64,000 nucleotides of DNA. It comes from Zygnema circumcarinatum SAG 698-1b (taxonomy: Eukaryota; Plantae; Zygnematophyceae). Position numbers and translations under genes: made by a program. The stretch is from the NCBI GenBank assembly GCA_037447605.1, contig CM074823.1:620001-684000 (forward strand). The letters run 5' to 3'. Positions 41,869 through 58,744 of the stretch are shown here, piece after piece. The stretch's first letter is position 1, and every line of letters starts with the position of its first letter. The notes beneath the pieces were generated by a model. That model saw nothing but the letters and a program-made list of their open reading frames with translations. It did no database searches and was not told the DNA's origin.

Positions 41869-42810
41869 CTCGTTCTGTTTCCTTTTGTTTTCCTCTCTCT
41901 CTCCCGTCCTGTGCCTCTCCCTCTGCCCCCCATGTCCCGCTCTCTCTCCTTCTCCCTCTGTATCCTTGGAAGTCTCTTTCTCACTCGCCCTCCTCTCTCG
42001 TTCCTCTCTTGTCAAGTTTCTCTCTCTCGCTCTGTGTCTCTCACTCTCTCTCTCTCTCTTTCACTCTCTCTTCCTCTACCCCTCCCGTCTCTCTTTCTCC
42101 CGCCTTCCCCCTGAAGTCTCTTCCCCCTCTGTCCTTTCGGTAGCCTCGTCCAGCCTCTGCCTTCGCCTCTCTCTCTCTCTCTCTCTCCAAAATCTCTCTC
42201 TCTCACTTCTTTCTCTCTCTCTCTCTTGCCCTCTCGCTCTCTCTCTCTCTCTCTCCCTCTCTCTCTCTTTCTCTCTCTCAATGAGTTGTCTCGTTGTCCT
42301 CCTCTCCTCCCTCTCCGTACAGACCATCCCTCCCGAGTGAAGCGAACTCGCCGAGCCTTTTGTAGGGGCTGTGGCCGCTTCCTTTGGCTGCCAGCTGGCA
42401 GCCCGACAGAAGAACACGTGGCAAACCTCCCTTCCAGGAGGCCACATAAGCACACGTGGCAGCATGTCTCTGCATCTCAAGTAAGGCAGCGCTCCTTGCT
42501 TTTGGAGACTATCACTTAATTTTAATTTTTCATCTAATTGGTTCCTGCTTCAGTAATAGTTATCATGGAAATGCCTTTTCGAGGTTAAGGGGATTCTGAA
42601 AAGTTTTAAGAAGGCTTAAGTGTTTAAGCTCAGAGGGCAAAGAACCCTAAAAACCTTAAAAACCCTAAAAACTCTAAAAACCCTAAAAACCCTCATTTGC
42701 TGCAGGTTGCGCAAATTTTATTGGGAAATTTGGAGTGCATAAATTCAGAATCGGAAGACTCGGAGGAGGAGCTTCCGGGCCGTCAGAGGTTGTGGGCTTT
42801 TCGAAGATGA
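39413..42810 (+). CDS. F-box protein, At5g52880-like, 7 exons, ~318 aa
   Basis: Exons 39413-39585, 39736-39861, 40324-40376, 40931-41026, 41527-41772 (F-box LPEDVVSLAFEFLDPSSLACAAAVCHAW), 42323-42480 (RAFCRGCGRFLW), 42706-42810 (acidic tail then LWAF, stop). The sum is 957 nt, in frame. The exon 2 donor position is my best guess. Family assignment is from recalled similarity. Confidence 0.82.
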
Positions 42811-43169
42811 AGGAAGAAATGAAGAAAAGAAGAAAAGGAATGAAAGTGAAAACGAAAAACCTGCAAATTGCAAACTGGAAACTTGGTTTCCTAACCCTCG
42901 TCTTTCCTCTACCGTTTTTTTTTCCAATTTTTTTAGGTTTGTAAATATTGTCCGCATTTTGTTCATATATTGATGGAGTCGAGGAGGCCCCCCCTGCTGT
43001 GAAATCTGGCACGCCTTTGTAAATAAAAAAATTCAACTTTCTGACGATTTCATGATTTAATGTCTTGATGTCTGCTCGTGGTTTGCAACTGAACACCTTC
43101 ACAACCTCTGCTAAATTGGCCTAAGAGTTTCACCACCGCAGTAGCAATGGTTGGGAATTATCAGCATAG

Positions 43170-45937
43170 TTCACTTTCACTTTTCACTTTTCACTTTTCA
43201 CTTTTCACTTTCACTTTACACTTTTCACTTTCACTTTTCACTTTTCACTTTCACTTTTCACTTTTTTCCTTTTCACTTTCACTTTTCACTTTTCACTTTT
43301 CACTTTTCACTTTTCACTTTCACTTTTCACTTTCACTTTTCACTTTCACTTTTCACTTTTCACTTTTCACTTTTCACTTTTCACTTTTCACTTTTCACTT
43401 TCACTTTTCACTTTTCACTTTTCACTTTTCACTTTTCACTTTCACTTTTCACTTTTCACTTTCACTTTTCACTTTTCACTTTTCACTTTTCACTTTTCAC
43501 TTTTCACTTTTCACTTTTCACTTTCACTTTTCACTTTTCACTTTTCAATTTTCACTTTTCACTTTTCACTTTTCACTTTTCACTTTCACTTTTTTTCACT
43601 TTCACTTTTCACTTTTCACTTTTCACTTTTCACTTTTCACTTTTCACTTTTCACTTTTCACTTTTCACTTTTCACTTTCACTTTTCACTTTTCACTTTTC
43701 ACTTTTCACTTTTCAATTTTCTTTCACTTTTCACTTTCACTTTACACTTTTCTCTTTCATTTTTCACTTTTCACTTTTCACTTTTTACTTTTCACTTTTC
43801 ACTTTTCACTTTCAATTTTCACTTTTCGCATTTCACTTTTCACTTTTCACTTTCACTTTTCACTTTCACTTTTCACTTTTCACTTTTCACTTTTCACTTT
43901 TCACTTTTCACTTTTCACTTTTCACTTTCACTTTTCACTTTTCACTTTTCACTTTTCACTTTTCAATTTTCACTTTTCACTTTTCACTTTCACTTTTCAC
44001 TTTCACTTTACACTTTTCACTTTCACTTTTCACTTTTCACTTTTCACTTTTCACTTTCAATTTTCACTTTTCCCCTTTCCACTTTCACTTTCAATTTTCA
44101 CTTTCACTTTCACTTTCAATTTTCACTTTTCAATTTTCACTTTTCAATTTTCACTTTCACTTTCAATTTTCACTTTTCAATTTTCACTTTCACTTTCAAT
44201 TTTCACTTTTCAATTTTCACTTTTCACTTTTCACTTTCACTTTTCACTTTTCTTTTCACTTTTCACTTTTACTTTTCACTTTTCACTTTTTACTTTTACC
44301 TTTTCATTTTCACTTTCATTTTTAACTTTTCACTTTCACTTTTAACTTTTCACTTTTCATTTTCACTTTTCACTTTTCACTTTTCACTTTCAATTTTCAC
44401 TTTTCGCATTTCACTTTTCACTTTTCACTTTCACTTTTCACTTTTCACTTTTCATTTTCACTTTTCAATTTCACTTTATTTCACTTTTCACTTTTCACAC
44501 TTTTCACTTTTCACTTTCACTTTTCACTTTCACTTTTCACTTTTCACTATTCACTTTTCACTTTCAATTTTCACTTTCACTTTCAATTTTCACTTTCACT
44601 TTCACTTTCACTTTCAATTTTCACTTTCACTTTCACTTTCAATTTTCACTTTCACTTTCAATTTTCACTTTTCACTTTTCATTTTCACTTTCAATTTTCA
44701 CTTTTCGCATTTCACTTTTCACTTTTCACTTTCACTTTTCACTTTTCACTTTTCATTTTCACTTTTCACTTTTCACTTTTCACTTTTCACTTTCACTTTT
44801 CACTTTTCACTTTTCACTTTTCACTTTTCACTTTTCACTTTTCACTTTTCACTTTTCACTTTTTTTCACACTTTTTTCACTTTTCACTTTTCACTTTTCA
44901 CTTTTCACTTTTCACTTTTCACTTTTCACTTTTCACTTTTCACTTTTCACTTTCACTTTTCACTTTTCACTTTTCACTTTTCACTTTTCAATTTTCACTT
45001 TTCACTTTTCACTTTCACTTTTCACTTTCACTTTACACTTTTCTCTTTCATTTTTCACTTTTCACTTTTCACTTTTTACTTTTCACTTTTTTCACTTTTC
45101 ACTTTTCACTTTTCACTTTCAATTTTCACTTTTCGCATTTCACTTTTCTCTTTTCACTTTTCACTTTCACTTTTCACTTTTCACTTTTCACTTTTCACTT
45201 TCACTTTACACTTTTCACTTTCACTTTTCACTTTTCACTTTCACTTTTCACTTTTCATTTTCCACTTTTCACTTTCACTTTTCACTTTTCACTTTTCACT
45301 TTCACTTTTCACTTTTCACTTTTCACTTTTCACTTTTCACTTTTCGCATTTCACTTTTCACTTTTCACTTTCACTTTTCACTTTTCACTTTTCATTTTCA
45401 CTTTTCACTTTCACTTTTCACTTTTCACTTTTTACTTTTCACTTTTCACTTTTCACTTTCACTTTTCACTTTTCACTTTTCACTTTTCACTTTTCCACTT
45501 TTCACTTTTCACTTTCACTTTTCACTTTTCACTTTTCACTTTTCACTTTTCATTCACTTTTCACTTTTCACTTTCACTTTTCACTTTTCACTTTTCATTT
45601 TCACTTTTCACTTTCACTTTACACTTTTCACTTTCACTTTTCACTTTTCACTTTCACTTTTCACTTTTCATTTTCCACTTTTCACTTTCACTTTTCACTT
45701 TTCACTTTTCACTTTTCACTTTTCACTTTTCACTTTTCACTTTCACTTTTCACTTTCACTTTTCACTTTTCACTATTCACTTTTCACTTTTCACTTTTTA
45801 CTTTTCACTTTTCACTTTTCACTTTTCACTTTTCACTTTTCACTTTTCACTTTTCACTTTCACTTTTCACTTTCACTTTTCACTTTTCACTATTCACTTT
45901 TCACTTTTCACTTTCACTTTTCACTTTTCACTTTCAC
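43170..45937. repeat. 2.8-kb (CACTTTT/CACTTT)n array
   Basis: Nearly uninterrupted 7-mer/6-mer mixture with CAATTTT and CGCATTT variants. It joins (CCCTAA)n at 45938-45972. Confidence 0.97.
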
Positions 45938-45991
45938 CCCAACCCCAACCCTAACCCTAACCCTAACCCTAAAAGTCGGAAGGTCCTTCAC

Positions 45992-48806
45992 CTCGAGCGC
46001 GTCGCGTATGCCCGCGAGGACGTTCTCAATGTACGTGGGAACGTCCGCGGAGGGGTTCAAGGGGAGCTGGAAGTAGTCGTTGCCGCCCACGGAGAGGATG
46101 AACAGGCTGTGGGCCACGGTCTGTAGGGGAGGGAGGGAGGGAGGGGAGGGAGGGAGGGAGGGAGGGAGAGGGAGGAGGGAGGGAGGGAGGGAGGGAGGGA
46201 GGAGGGAGGGAGGGAGGGGCGGATGAGGGCGGGAGGGTGGGAGAGGGAGTGGGAGGGGAGCGGGGAGGAGGGTGAGAGAGTGGGAGGGAGGGAGGGAGGG
46301 AGGGGAAACGGGGGAGAGTGGGGAGGGAGGAATGGGGAGAGGGGAGGGGAAGGGAGGGAGGGAGGGGGAGATTCAGACAGAATGAGCGAGAAGAGAGACT
46401 ACGAGAGACGGAGGGGAGAGGGAAAGAGAGGGGGAAGAGTTCCATTGAGTGAGGGAAAGAGGTGAGTGCAGGAGCAGGGGGGATCCAGATTGAGAGAAAC
46501 AGCGAGAGAGAGGGTAGAGGGAGAGTCTGAGAGTGGGAAGAGTCTGAGAGATTAGACTGAGAGGTATGAAGTGTGTCATACTCTGAAGGACAGAGTATGA
46601 GAGAATGAGAGAGAAAAGGAGGGAGAGAGAGGCTGTCCAAAAGGAGAGAGAGAGAGAGAGAACTCCCAAAAAGAGAAAGAGACATTATACGAGCCAAGAT
46701 GACTCAGCCACAGCCTGACATCAGCAATATTTGAACTAAAACTGAGCTGAAACTGTAACTGGAACTGCAACTGGAACTGGAACTGGAACTGGAACTGAAA
46801 CTGGAACTGGAACTGGAACTGAAACTGAAACTGGAATTGAAACTGGAACTGAATCGAAACTGAGAATGGAACTGGACTGAATACTCACATGTGAATCATA
46901 GAGGGTCATCAGCTCCAGAAACTTGCTCACTTGGTGGCTCAGCGTAAAGCAGTACGTGTTCTGAACATTTAAAAAAAAAATCCTCAACATCAAAATAAAT
47001 ACCCAGAAATATAATTTCAAGACACGCCGTCGCGGCTAACAATTAGGCTTTCTATGAATACGAGATTTTTTTTTTCTTTTTGTAGGATCACCTTCAACGT
47101 TTGGATGTGGTACATCGTCAAAAAGAATTTTCAAACTGACAATTAGGGAAGTAAAAAAACTAGAATTTTCGATGTGGGTTTAATCGAAAAAACTTGCACA
47201 GGTTTTTTTTTTCACTCACATTTGCGCAGTTTGTTTCTGGGAGAACTCCGGATCCTCCAGATGCGAAATTTATTCCATTTACAAATTGGACTTCATCGGT
47301 CTCTTTTGCATAGTTAACATTCGCAACCGGAGGAAGTCCTACAAGCTCCGCTGCAGCAGGAAAAAATCAAACGAAGAATAAATAAAAAAACAAATCAAGA
47401 ATCAAGAATCAAGCAAATGCAAACAAATCAAATTTGAGTAATTTAAACATATAGGCTGCAGTTTGCTCAACTCAAACGTATATTTTTCAAGTTATAGATT
47501 TGGGATTTTAGGGTTCTGGGTTTTCTTTAGGTTTCTTTTTATAGAAAGCGAAGATCCCGAGAGAGAGTTCTAAATACAGAGAAAAATAGAGAGAGAGGGC
47601 AGAGAGAGAGTGCGAGGAGGGTCGAGGGGGCGGGGAGGGGGAAGAGAGATAGGGAGGAGGGCAGGGAGGTAGAGGGCTGGAGATGAGAGAGAGAGAGAGA
47701 AAGAGAGGATGGGGAGGAGCGAGAGAGAACTAGAAGAGTGGGGAAAGAGAAAGGCAGAGAGGCGGAGAGAGAGAACGAGAGGAAGGGAGGTAGGTAGGGG
47801 GTGGGAGAGAGAGTGAGAGGAAGGGGAGACAGGGAAGAGGAGGAAGAGGGGGGAAGCGAGTTTGTGGGGAAGGGGGAAAGTGAGCAAGTGAGACAGGGAG
47901 GTAGAGAGAGAGACAGGGAGGGTGGGGAACGAGAGAGACATAGAGAAAGACAGAGAAGAGAGAGACCGAGAGAGAGAGAGACCAGAGAGGCGAACAAGGA
48001 GTTGACTTTATCCTCACCCACGAAGTCCATAATGCCCTTTCCATTAGAAAAGCGTCCACTCGCCGGGATAAAGTCAACCCCATAGGGATCGAAGTTGACT
48101 TTAAAGGGACTTCCCACCACATCGTTATTGTTTCCGATATCAAGCGTCGAGTCACCGAAAGCGAAGACGGCGGGGAAAAGCGGTGAGCAGGTAGAGGACA
48201 AGGATGGGAGGGAGGGAGAGAGAGTGGGAGAGGTAGAGGGAGAGGTAGAGCAGGCGGAGGGAGCGGTAGAGAAGACCACGCAGCGGCGGGACTCGGGGTA
48301 GGTGGTTTGGTGCTTGTCTCCGGGAGAGAGAGAGAGGGAGGAGGTGTGGAGGGAGGGGAGGGAGAGGACCACGCAGAGGTTGTCGAGGGACTCGTCAAGG
48401 GCCTGCAGTGGGAGAGGGAGGGAGGGAGGGAGGGAGGGAGAGAGAGAAGAGAAGGATACAGTAGGAGTGCGAGTCAGGGAATTTTGGGGAAAAATTGGAG
48501 GGAAAATTGGTTAGAAAAAGGGAAGAAATCGGGAATGTATGAGAGGAAAGTGAAGGAATCGTAAAAAAACGAGAAAAGACAAAAAGGAGGCTGCTGAAGA
48601 AAAATCAAAGAAGTAATGAAAAAATGCAAAAAGAAATAAAAGGAATGAAAGAAAAATAAAGAAGAAATTTAAGACGAAGGAAAAAAAAAATCTGACCTCC
48701 CATTGGCCGATCGAAACGCCGTCTTCAGACGGAACGACGGATGCGATTTTGCTCCGCTTCTCCTGCTCTCTCCCACAGCGCCCCCCCCAAAAAAAAGATT
48801 GTAAAT

Positions 48807-48883
<77 letters not shown>

Positions 48884-50788
48884 CTCTCTCCCCCCCCATG
48901 GCTACCTCACTGTCCCGCACCTATTTCTCTTGCTCCTCTCCCCACTTCCTCCCTTTCCCTCTAATCTCCATCTTTCCCACTACCTTTCTCCTTACCTCAC
49001 ATCTCTCCTTGTTATGTATATTTCATTCGAGCTCTACCCTTTCCCACTATCCCACTATTTTCCTCCTCACTCCGTCTCTCTATCTTTCCAACTCTCCCCC
49101 CTCTCTTTCCCACTCACCACCTCTCTCCCTCCTCTCCCCCCTCTGCCTTCCATTTTCTCTCCCGCCCCCCTCCCCCTTTCTGGTCTTCTCTCGCCCTCTC
49201 TCCTCATCCCCTCTCCTCTCCTTCCTGCACCCCCTCACTCCTCTCTCCCTCTCTCCCCCCCTCATTCCTTTCTCCCTCCGTCCCCCTCTCCCCCTCGTTC
49301 TCTTCTCTCCCCCTCTCTCACCCGGACTTCATCCCCCTCAGTCTTCTCCAGTCCCTACCCCTCCCTCCCCTCCTCCCCTTGCTCCCTCCCTCACCCTCCC
49401 TCCTCCTCCTCCTCCCTCCTCCTCCTCCTCTCTCCCTCCTCCCCCACCCTCCTCCCTCCCTCCCTCCCCCTCCTCCCCCCCCACTCCCTCCTCCTCCTCC
49501 CTCCCTCTCCCTCCCCCTCTTTCCCTCCCCCCACCCACCTCCTCCCCTCCCTCCCTCCCCTCTCTTCCCTCCTCCCCCTACCCTCCTCCTCCCCCTCCCT
49601 CCCTCCCCCTCTCTCCCTCCTCCCCCACCCACCTCCTCCCACTCCCTCCCTCCCTCCCTCTCTCCCTCCCTCCCCCACCCTCCTCCCTCCCTCCCCATCT
49701 CCCTCCCTCCCCCACCCTCCTCCTCCCTCCCTCTCCCTCCTCCTCCCTCCTCCTCCCCCACCCTCTCCTCCCTCCCTCCCCATCTCCCTCCTCCCCCACC
49801 CTCCTCCTCCCTCCCTCCCTCCCTCTCCCTCCTCCTCCCCCTCCCTCCCTCTCTCTCCCTCCTCCCTCCCCATCTCCCTCCTCCCCCCACCCTCCTCCTC
49901 CCCCTCCCTCCCTCCCTCTCTCCCTCCTCCCCCACCCTCCTCCCTCCCTCCCTCCCCATCTCCCTCCTCCCCCACCCTCCTCCTCCCCCTCCCTCCTCCT
50001 CCTCTCTCCCTCCCTCCCTCTCCCTCCTCCTCCCTCCCTCCTCCTCCTCCTCCCCCACCCCCCTTACCTTGCCTAACGAGCGGACATGGATCCTCGACTC
50101 CTCCCCCGCCACATAGAACCTGTCGACTGCCCCCCTCCGCTCCCTTCCGTTGCACACAACGGCGCCGTTCCCGGAGCTCCCCGCGCGCACTCTCTCGCCC
50201 GTCTTCGAGTCGACGATGAACGGACCGACCGGCGCATGGAAAGCCCCGTCGAAACTGAACACGTGACAAAAACAATGTTCCGTTTAGTTCCTGTTGGACT
50301 CCATCTCAAACTGTGCAGCATAGAAATAAGATTCCGATCCAGGACTCCCTCCTTCGCAGCGAGAGATAGGGAGAGAGAGAGAGAGGGGGAGAGAGAGAGA
50401 GAGAGAGGTAGAGAGAGAGAGAGAGAGGTAGAGAGAGAGAGAGAGCAACCACAGGCCCCCCCTAAGCCCCTCCCCAGCATAAATTACATAGAATACATAC
50501 ATACAACAAAAATATATGGTTAAAAAAAAGGTCCAATTTTCAAATCTGAAGGGGCCTAAGCCCCCCCAAATTTTTATCCGCAGGTCCAACCCACCCCCCC
50601 ACACAGCCTCAAGCGAGGCGACTTTACTTTATCGAGGGCGGCTCGCTCGCGTGCCCTTCAAAGTGAAAGTCGCAGAGATCGGCGGCGTTTGCGGTGTACG
50701 CATTCGCCGCGCCAGCGCTGAGGGCACAGAGCACAACGCCCAGGGCCGCTAGGAGCACCCCCTTCCCCTTCAGAATCGCTGCCGCCAT
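45992..50788 (-). CDS. Secreted protein: signal peptide + unknown N-terminal domain + Ser/Thr/Pro linker + GDSL esterase/lipase domain; 3' end not found
   Basis: Phase-consistent exons: 50628-50788 (MAAAILKGKGVLLAALGVVLCALSAGAANA), 50068-50254, 48697-48762, 48018-48402 (..FPAVFAFGDSTLDIGNNN..PYGVDF..GRFSNG, block I), 47220-47350 (GINFASGGSG, block II), 46889-46960, 45992-46120 (LFILSVGGNDY, block III). These give 377 codons with no stop. The block V DxxH was not located. Confidence 0.85.
46735..46870. repeat. (GGAACT/GAAACT)n hexamer tract in a GDSL intron
   Basis: Direct reading. Confidence 0.9.
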
Positions 50789-50870
50789 GGCTGAGTGGTG
50801 CGCGGACCTCTCTCCGTCTCTTCGCCGAAAATTGAGAATTTCTGAGCGTGGAGCCGTCGCCGTCGCCATC

Positions 50871-51727
50871 TATAGCCGCGCATGAGGCAATGGGGAGGCG
50901 CCACGTGGACAAAATGTCCACGTGATATACGATCATTGGCTGATGCTTATCGCATAAGCCAAAAAACGCCGTCGGCGGGCGCCGGCAAGTTTTGGAAACT
51001 CGTCGCAAACAGACAAGGGTCCGTTCATCATAGGTCGGTGCAAGGTATAGCACAGGGTTTACGTGGCACCTTCCGATTGGGTTAAAATTCCGGCAATTCA
51101 AACGGGCCAGTGCTGCGTGCACATGGCCGCGTAGTTTTCTGACATGCCGTACACTGTACCAAAGTCGTCCTGCAAGAAGACAAAATCAGAGGTTGAACAT
51201 GAACGACCATAGAGTGTAGTGCGCATAGTGCGACTACGCACCCACTTCCTAATAAAAAATTGCGGTGTTGGCAGGATGATGCGCGAAGCGCGGCCGGTCT
51301 ATAGCCGTGCAGGAGCCAATGGGGAGGCGCCACGTGGACAAAATGTCCACGTGATATACGATCATTGGCTGATGCTTATCGCATAAGCCAAAAAATGCCG
51401 TCGGCGGGCGCCGGCAAGTTTTGGAAACTCGTCGCAAACAGACAAGGGTCCGTTCATCATAGGTCGGTGCAAGGATAGCACAGGGTTTGCGTGGCACTTT
51501 CTGATTGGGTTAAAATTCCGGCAACGGGCCAGTGCGGCGTGCACATGGCCGCGTCGTTTTCTGACAGGCCGTACACTGTACCAAAGTCGTCCTGCAAGAA
51601 GACAAAATCAGAGCTTGCACATGAAAGAGCATAAAGTGTAGTGCGCATAGTGCGACTAAGAGCACCCACTTCCTAATACAAAATTTCGGTGGTGTTGGCA
51701 GGGCTGTGCGCGAAGCGTGGCCGGTCA
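50871..51727. repeat. Two tandem copies of a ~429-bp unit directly upstream of the GDSL-fusion gene
   Basis: CAATGGGGAGGCGCCACGTGGACAAAATGTCC occurs at 50888 and 51317, and high similarity continues to GCGAAGCG(C/T)GGCCGGTC at ~51299 and 51727. Confidence 0.92.
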
Positions 51728-53099
51728 AAATTTATCACCGTGAAAATTTGCGGTAGCCGATCAACCAATGCTAAATGGCCACGCTGTCAGAAGTACACGT
51801 GGCACATTCTCATTGAATAATGCTTCCCCAAAAGCCGCACAGGCCATAAGCCAAAAACGCCGGCGAGGCATCCGAAGCCGACAAATACGGCGAACTGAAA
51901 ACGTGGTTGGTACACTCCATGTCGGTAAGCAATGACTACGAGTTGACGTGGCAGATGTCCATTCGCTGAGGCATCCTAAGATTTTGATTTTTCCGGTCAA
52001 GGTACAGCGGCTGACAAAGATTTGTACAGTAGTCTCGCTAGCGGACCAAATCAAATTTTATCGCTGTAGCTTGACCACTGGCATTGTACAAATTGTACCA
52101 AAGTACGCTACCGACAAATCGGTTTGCAGGCATATGATTGCGATATTAATAATCGATACGATACGATACAGTACAGTATGTTCGATACGATACGATATGA
52201 GTATTCCGATGCGAGCGGTACAGTCGGTGAAAGTCAACGTGCTTGTCGTTTTGTGAATCATTGGCCGAAGGGCTAATTTCAGCGCTGCAATTCGACGAGG
52301 CTAATTTTGGAATTTCCGAATCTTGTACTTCGGGGGAATTCAGTAAACATCGCCGATTCGGTGGATTTGGAGCGCCGCGAATTGAGCAGAGCAATTTCGC
52401 AGCCTTTCGCCCGAAATTTCCGCGCCGCCGCGGTCCCTCCACCTGCCCGCCTGCCAGCCGCGAGCTCAGCTCAGCTAAGCTCGGGTTCAGGGTTTCGGGC
52501 AAGGCAAGGGAGGGGCTAGATTCGCACCCTTAAGAAAAAAAAAAAATCCTAAAACCCTATAATAAAATCTGACCGGCGAGAAAAAGTGTGAATCTCGCTA
52601 AAAAAGGTGTGTAAATAGACCCTAAGTCAATTTTTCGCAGTTTCACATGTGAATGTGCAGATTGGCCCTGGAGACAACAAACCACAAAACCACAAGGTCA
52701 CCTTCCTTTGTTCATGGTTTGCGCCATCGTTGGAAGGTTGTTTAACACAGCGACTTGGCATGGTTCCGCGCCTTCAAACTTGGCAAATCACAACTCACAA
52801 GGCCGCCCTGAAAGTGAATGGAGTGAATACCAATGTTGAGGGGCCAACACACCAACCTCGCCGTGTGAATCATAGACATAGAGTCTACACACATCTCGCC
52901 CAATTCGCAATTCCTTTCTCTTCCCTCTTCCCTCTCCCTCTCTCAAAAAACCTTCAACCCTTGCCCTCTCTATGGCAATACTCATACATAAGTCCCGCCC
53001 TCGCCCACACCCTAGCCCTGGTCCTCGCCCTTGTCATACGATTGCTTACACATGCCTCCAATACCTCCTCCAAACACAACAAGCGGGCGCCCTCTCTCA

Positions 53100-53262
53100 A
53101 CCCCCCAAACCCTCAAACCCCCAAACCCCCAAACCCTGAAACCCCCAAACCCCCAAACCCCAAAACCCTAAACCCTAAACCCTAAACCCTAAACCCTAAA
53201 CCCTGAACCCTAAACCCTAAACCCTAAACCCTAAACCCTGAACCCTAAACCCTAAACCCCAG
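53100..53262 (+). repeat. (CCCTAAA)n telomere-like tract 3' of the intact HIPL1 gene
   Basis: Near-perfect AAACCCT repeats; mirrored by TTTAGGG/TTTGGGG at 34200-34330 in the other arm. Confidence 0.9.
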
Positions 53263-53264
53263 CC

Positions 53265-57541
<4,277 letters not shown>

Positions 57542-58744
57542 GGCAGAGGGTAAGCCTCCTCGCCTCTCCCTCTCGCCCTCTCTCACTCGCACTCGCTCCC
57601 TCTCTCTCCCACTTCCCCTCTCTCCCCCTCTCTCTCTCTCCCCCTCTCTTCGTCTCGCTCCCACTCTCCCCCTCTCTCCCCCTCTCGCCCCCTCTCCCCT
57701 TCTCTCCTCTCCCCCTCTCTTCCTCTCTCCTCTCCCCCTCTCTCCCTCTCTCCCCTTCTCTCCTCTCCCCCTCTCTTCCTCTCTCCTCTCCTCCTCTCAC
57801 CCACTCGTTCTCTTTCTCTCGCCCTCTCCCGCACCCGACACTGCCTTCGCCTCCTCGGACGTTCGCGTTTGACCGTGCGGACCCCGTCAAATGTCAAACG
57901 TCCGTACATCGCTAGTCAGCTTCCGTACAGATACTGCTGGACATCAGCCAGTCCCCATCTGCCACGTGTAGCTGACCTTGTCCGAAATCCTCGGTTCGAG
58001 ATTTTTTTTTTTTTTAACAAGATATTGGGTCAACGTTACAATGGCCGTCGGTCCTTAAAATTCATCAAGACCGTACAAATCCGTATTTCGGATTTACCGT
58101 ACCGTACATAACGGATCTGTTTTCTAAACTGAAAATTTACGGCAGAGGCAGACGAGACCTGCGTGACGTCATGCAAGCCACAGCTGGCACCGAACGTCTA
58201 GGGTTGACGTGTCAAGGTCGGCATACGATGTCGGTGGCGAATGAGGAGGCGTCACGTGGTCGCAAAGTTGGTCGGCGGTTCTGACGAGATCAACTGCGAA
58301 GGGGAATCAGTCAGACGTGTACGGTTGGTCGGCAGACGTGTACCGCTGGGGAGCCAGAACTGTACAGTACAACAGCTAGAAAATAGGTCGGTGCTGAGGC
58401 GCAGGTTTTAGGCGGCATTGCATGGCTGGCTATGGATTGCTTAGCTGGTAGTTGACGGGGGAGTCAGACTTTGCCCGGAGCGTACTAAGTTCCCGAATTC
58501 AGTATACTAAAAATCAAAGTTTCGCGTACGAATTCTGGGGCGGGATCCGCGGCTCCGCCAAACCGAGCCTTACCGAAATGCGTACCTAGCCAAAGCTTAA
58601 TTCGCCCGACTAAATTGATATGGTCATGTGTTAAGTCGGACTCCTCCATTGGGTGTTAGATTCGAAGAAGAAGAAGCTAGAAGAAGCTTCGCAGCTGCTT
58701 CTAGGGAGGGCTGCGTTGTTGCGCCTAGGCGTAGTTTTCCGCTC

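Noticed and set aside
43147-46126. 392-aa and 991-aa Phe/His/Thr-rich ORFs
   Set aside because: These are frames of the (CACTTTT)n array lying in a GDSL intron on the opposite strand.
51730-52540. Gene in ORFs 51761..52054, 52146..52502 and 52243..52533
   Set aside because: No recognisable motifs, splice structure or codon signal; the region includes (GATAC)n-like repeats.
53100-53262. True chromosome end
   Set aside because: The tract is short, flanked by unique sequence on both sides and mirrored in the duplicated arm, so it is interstitial.
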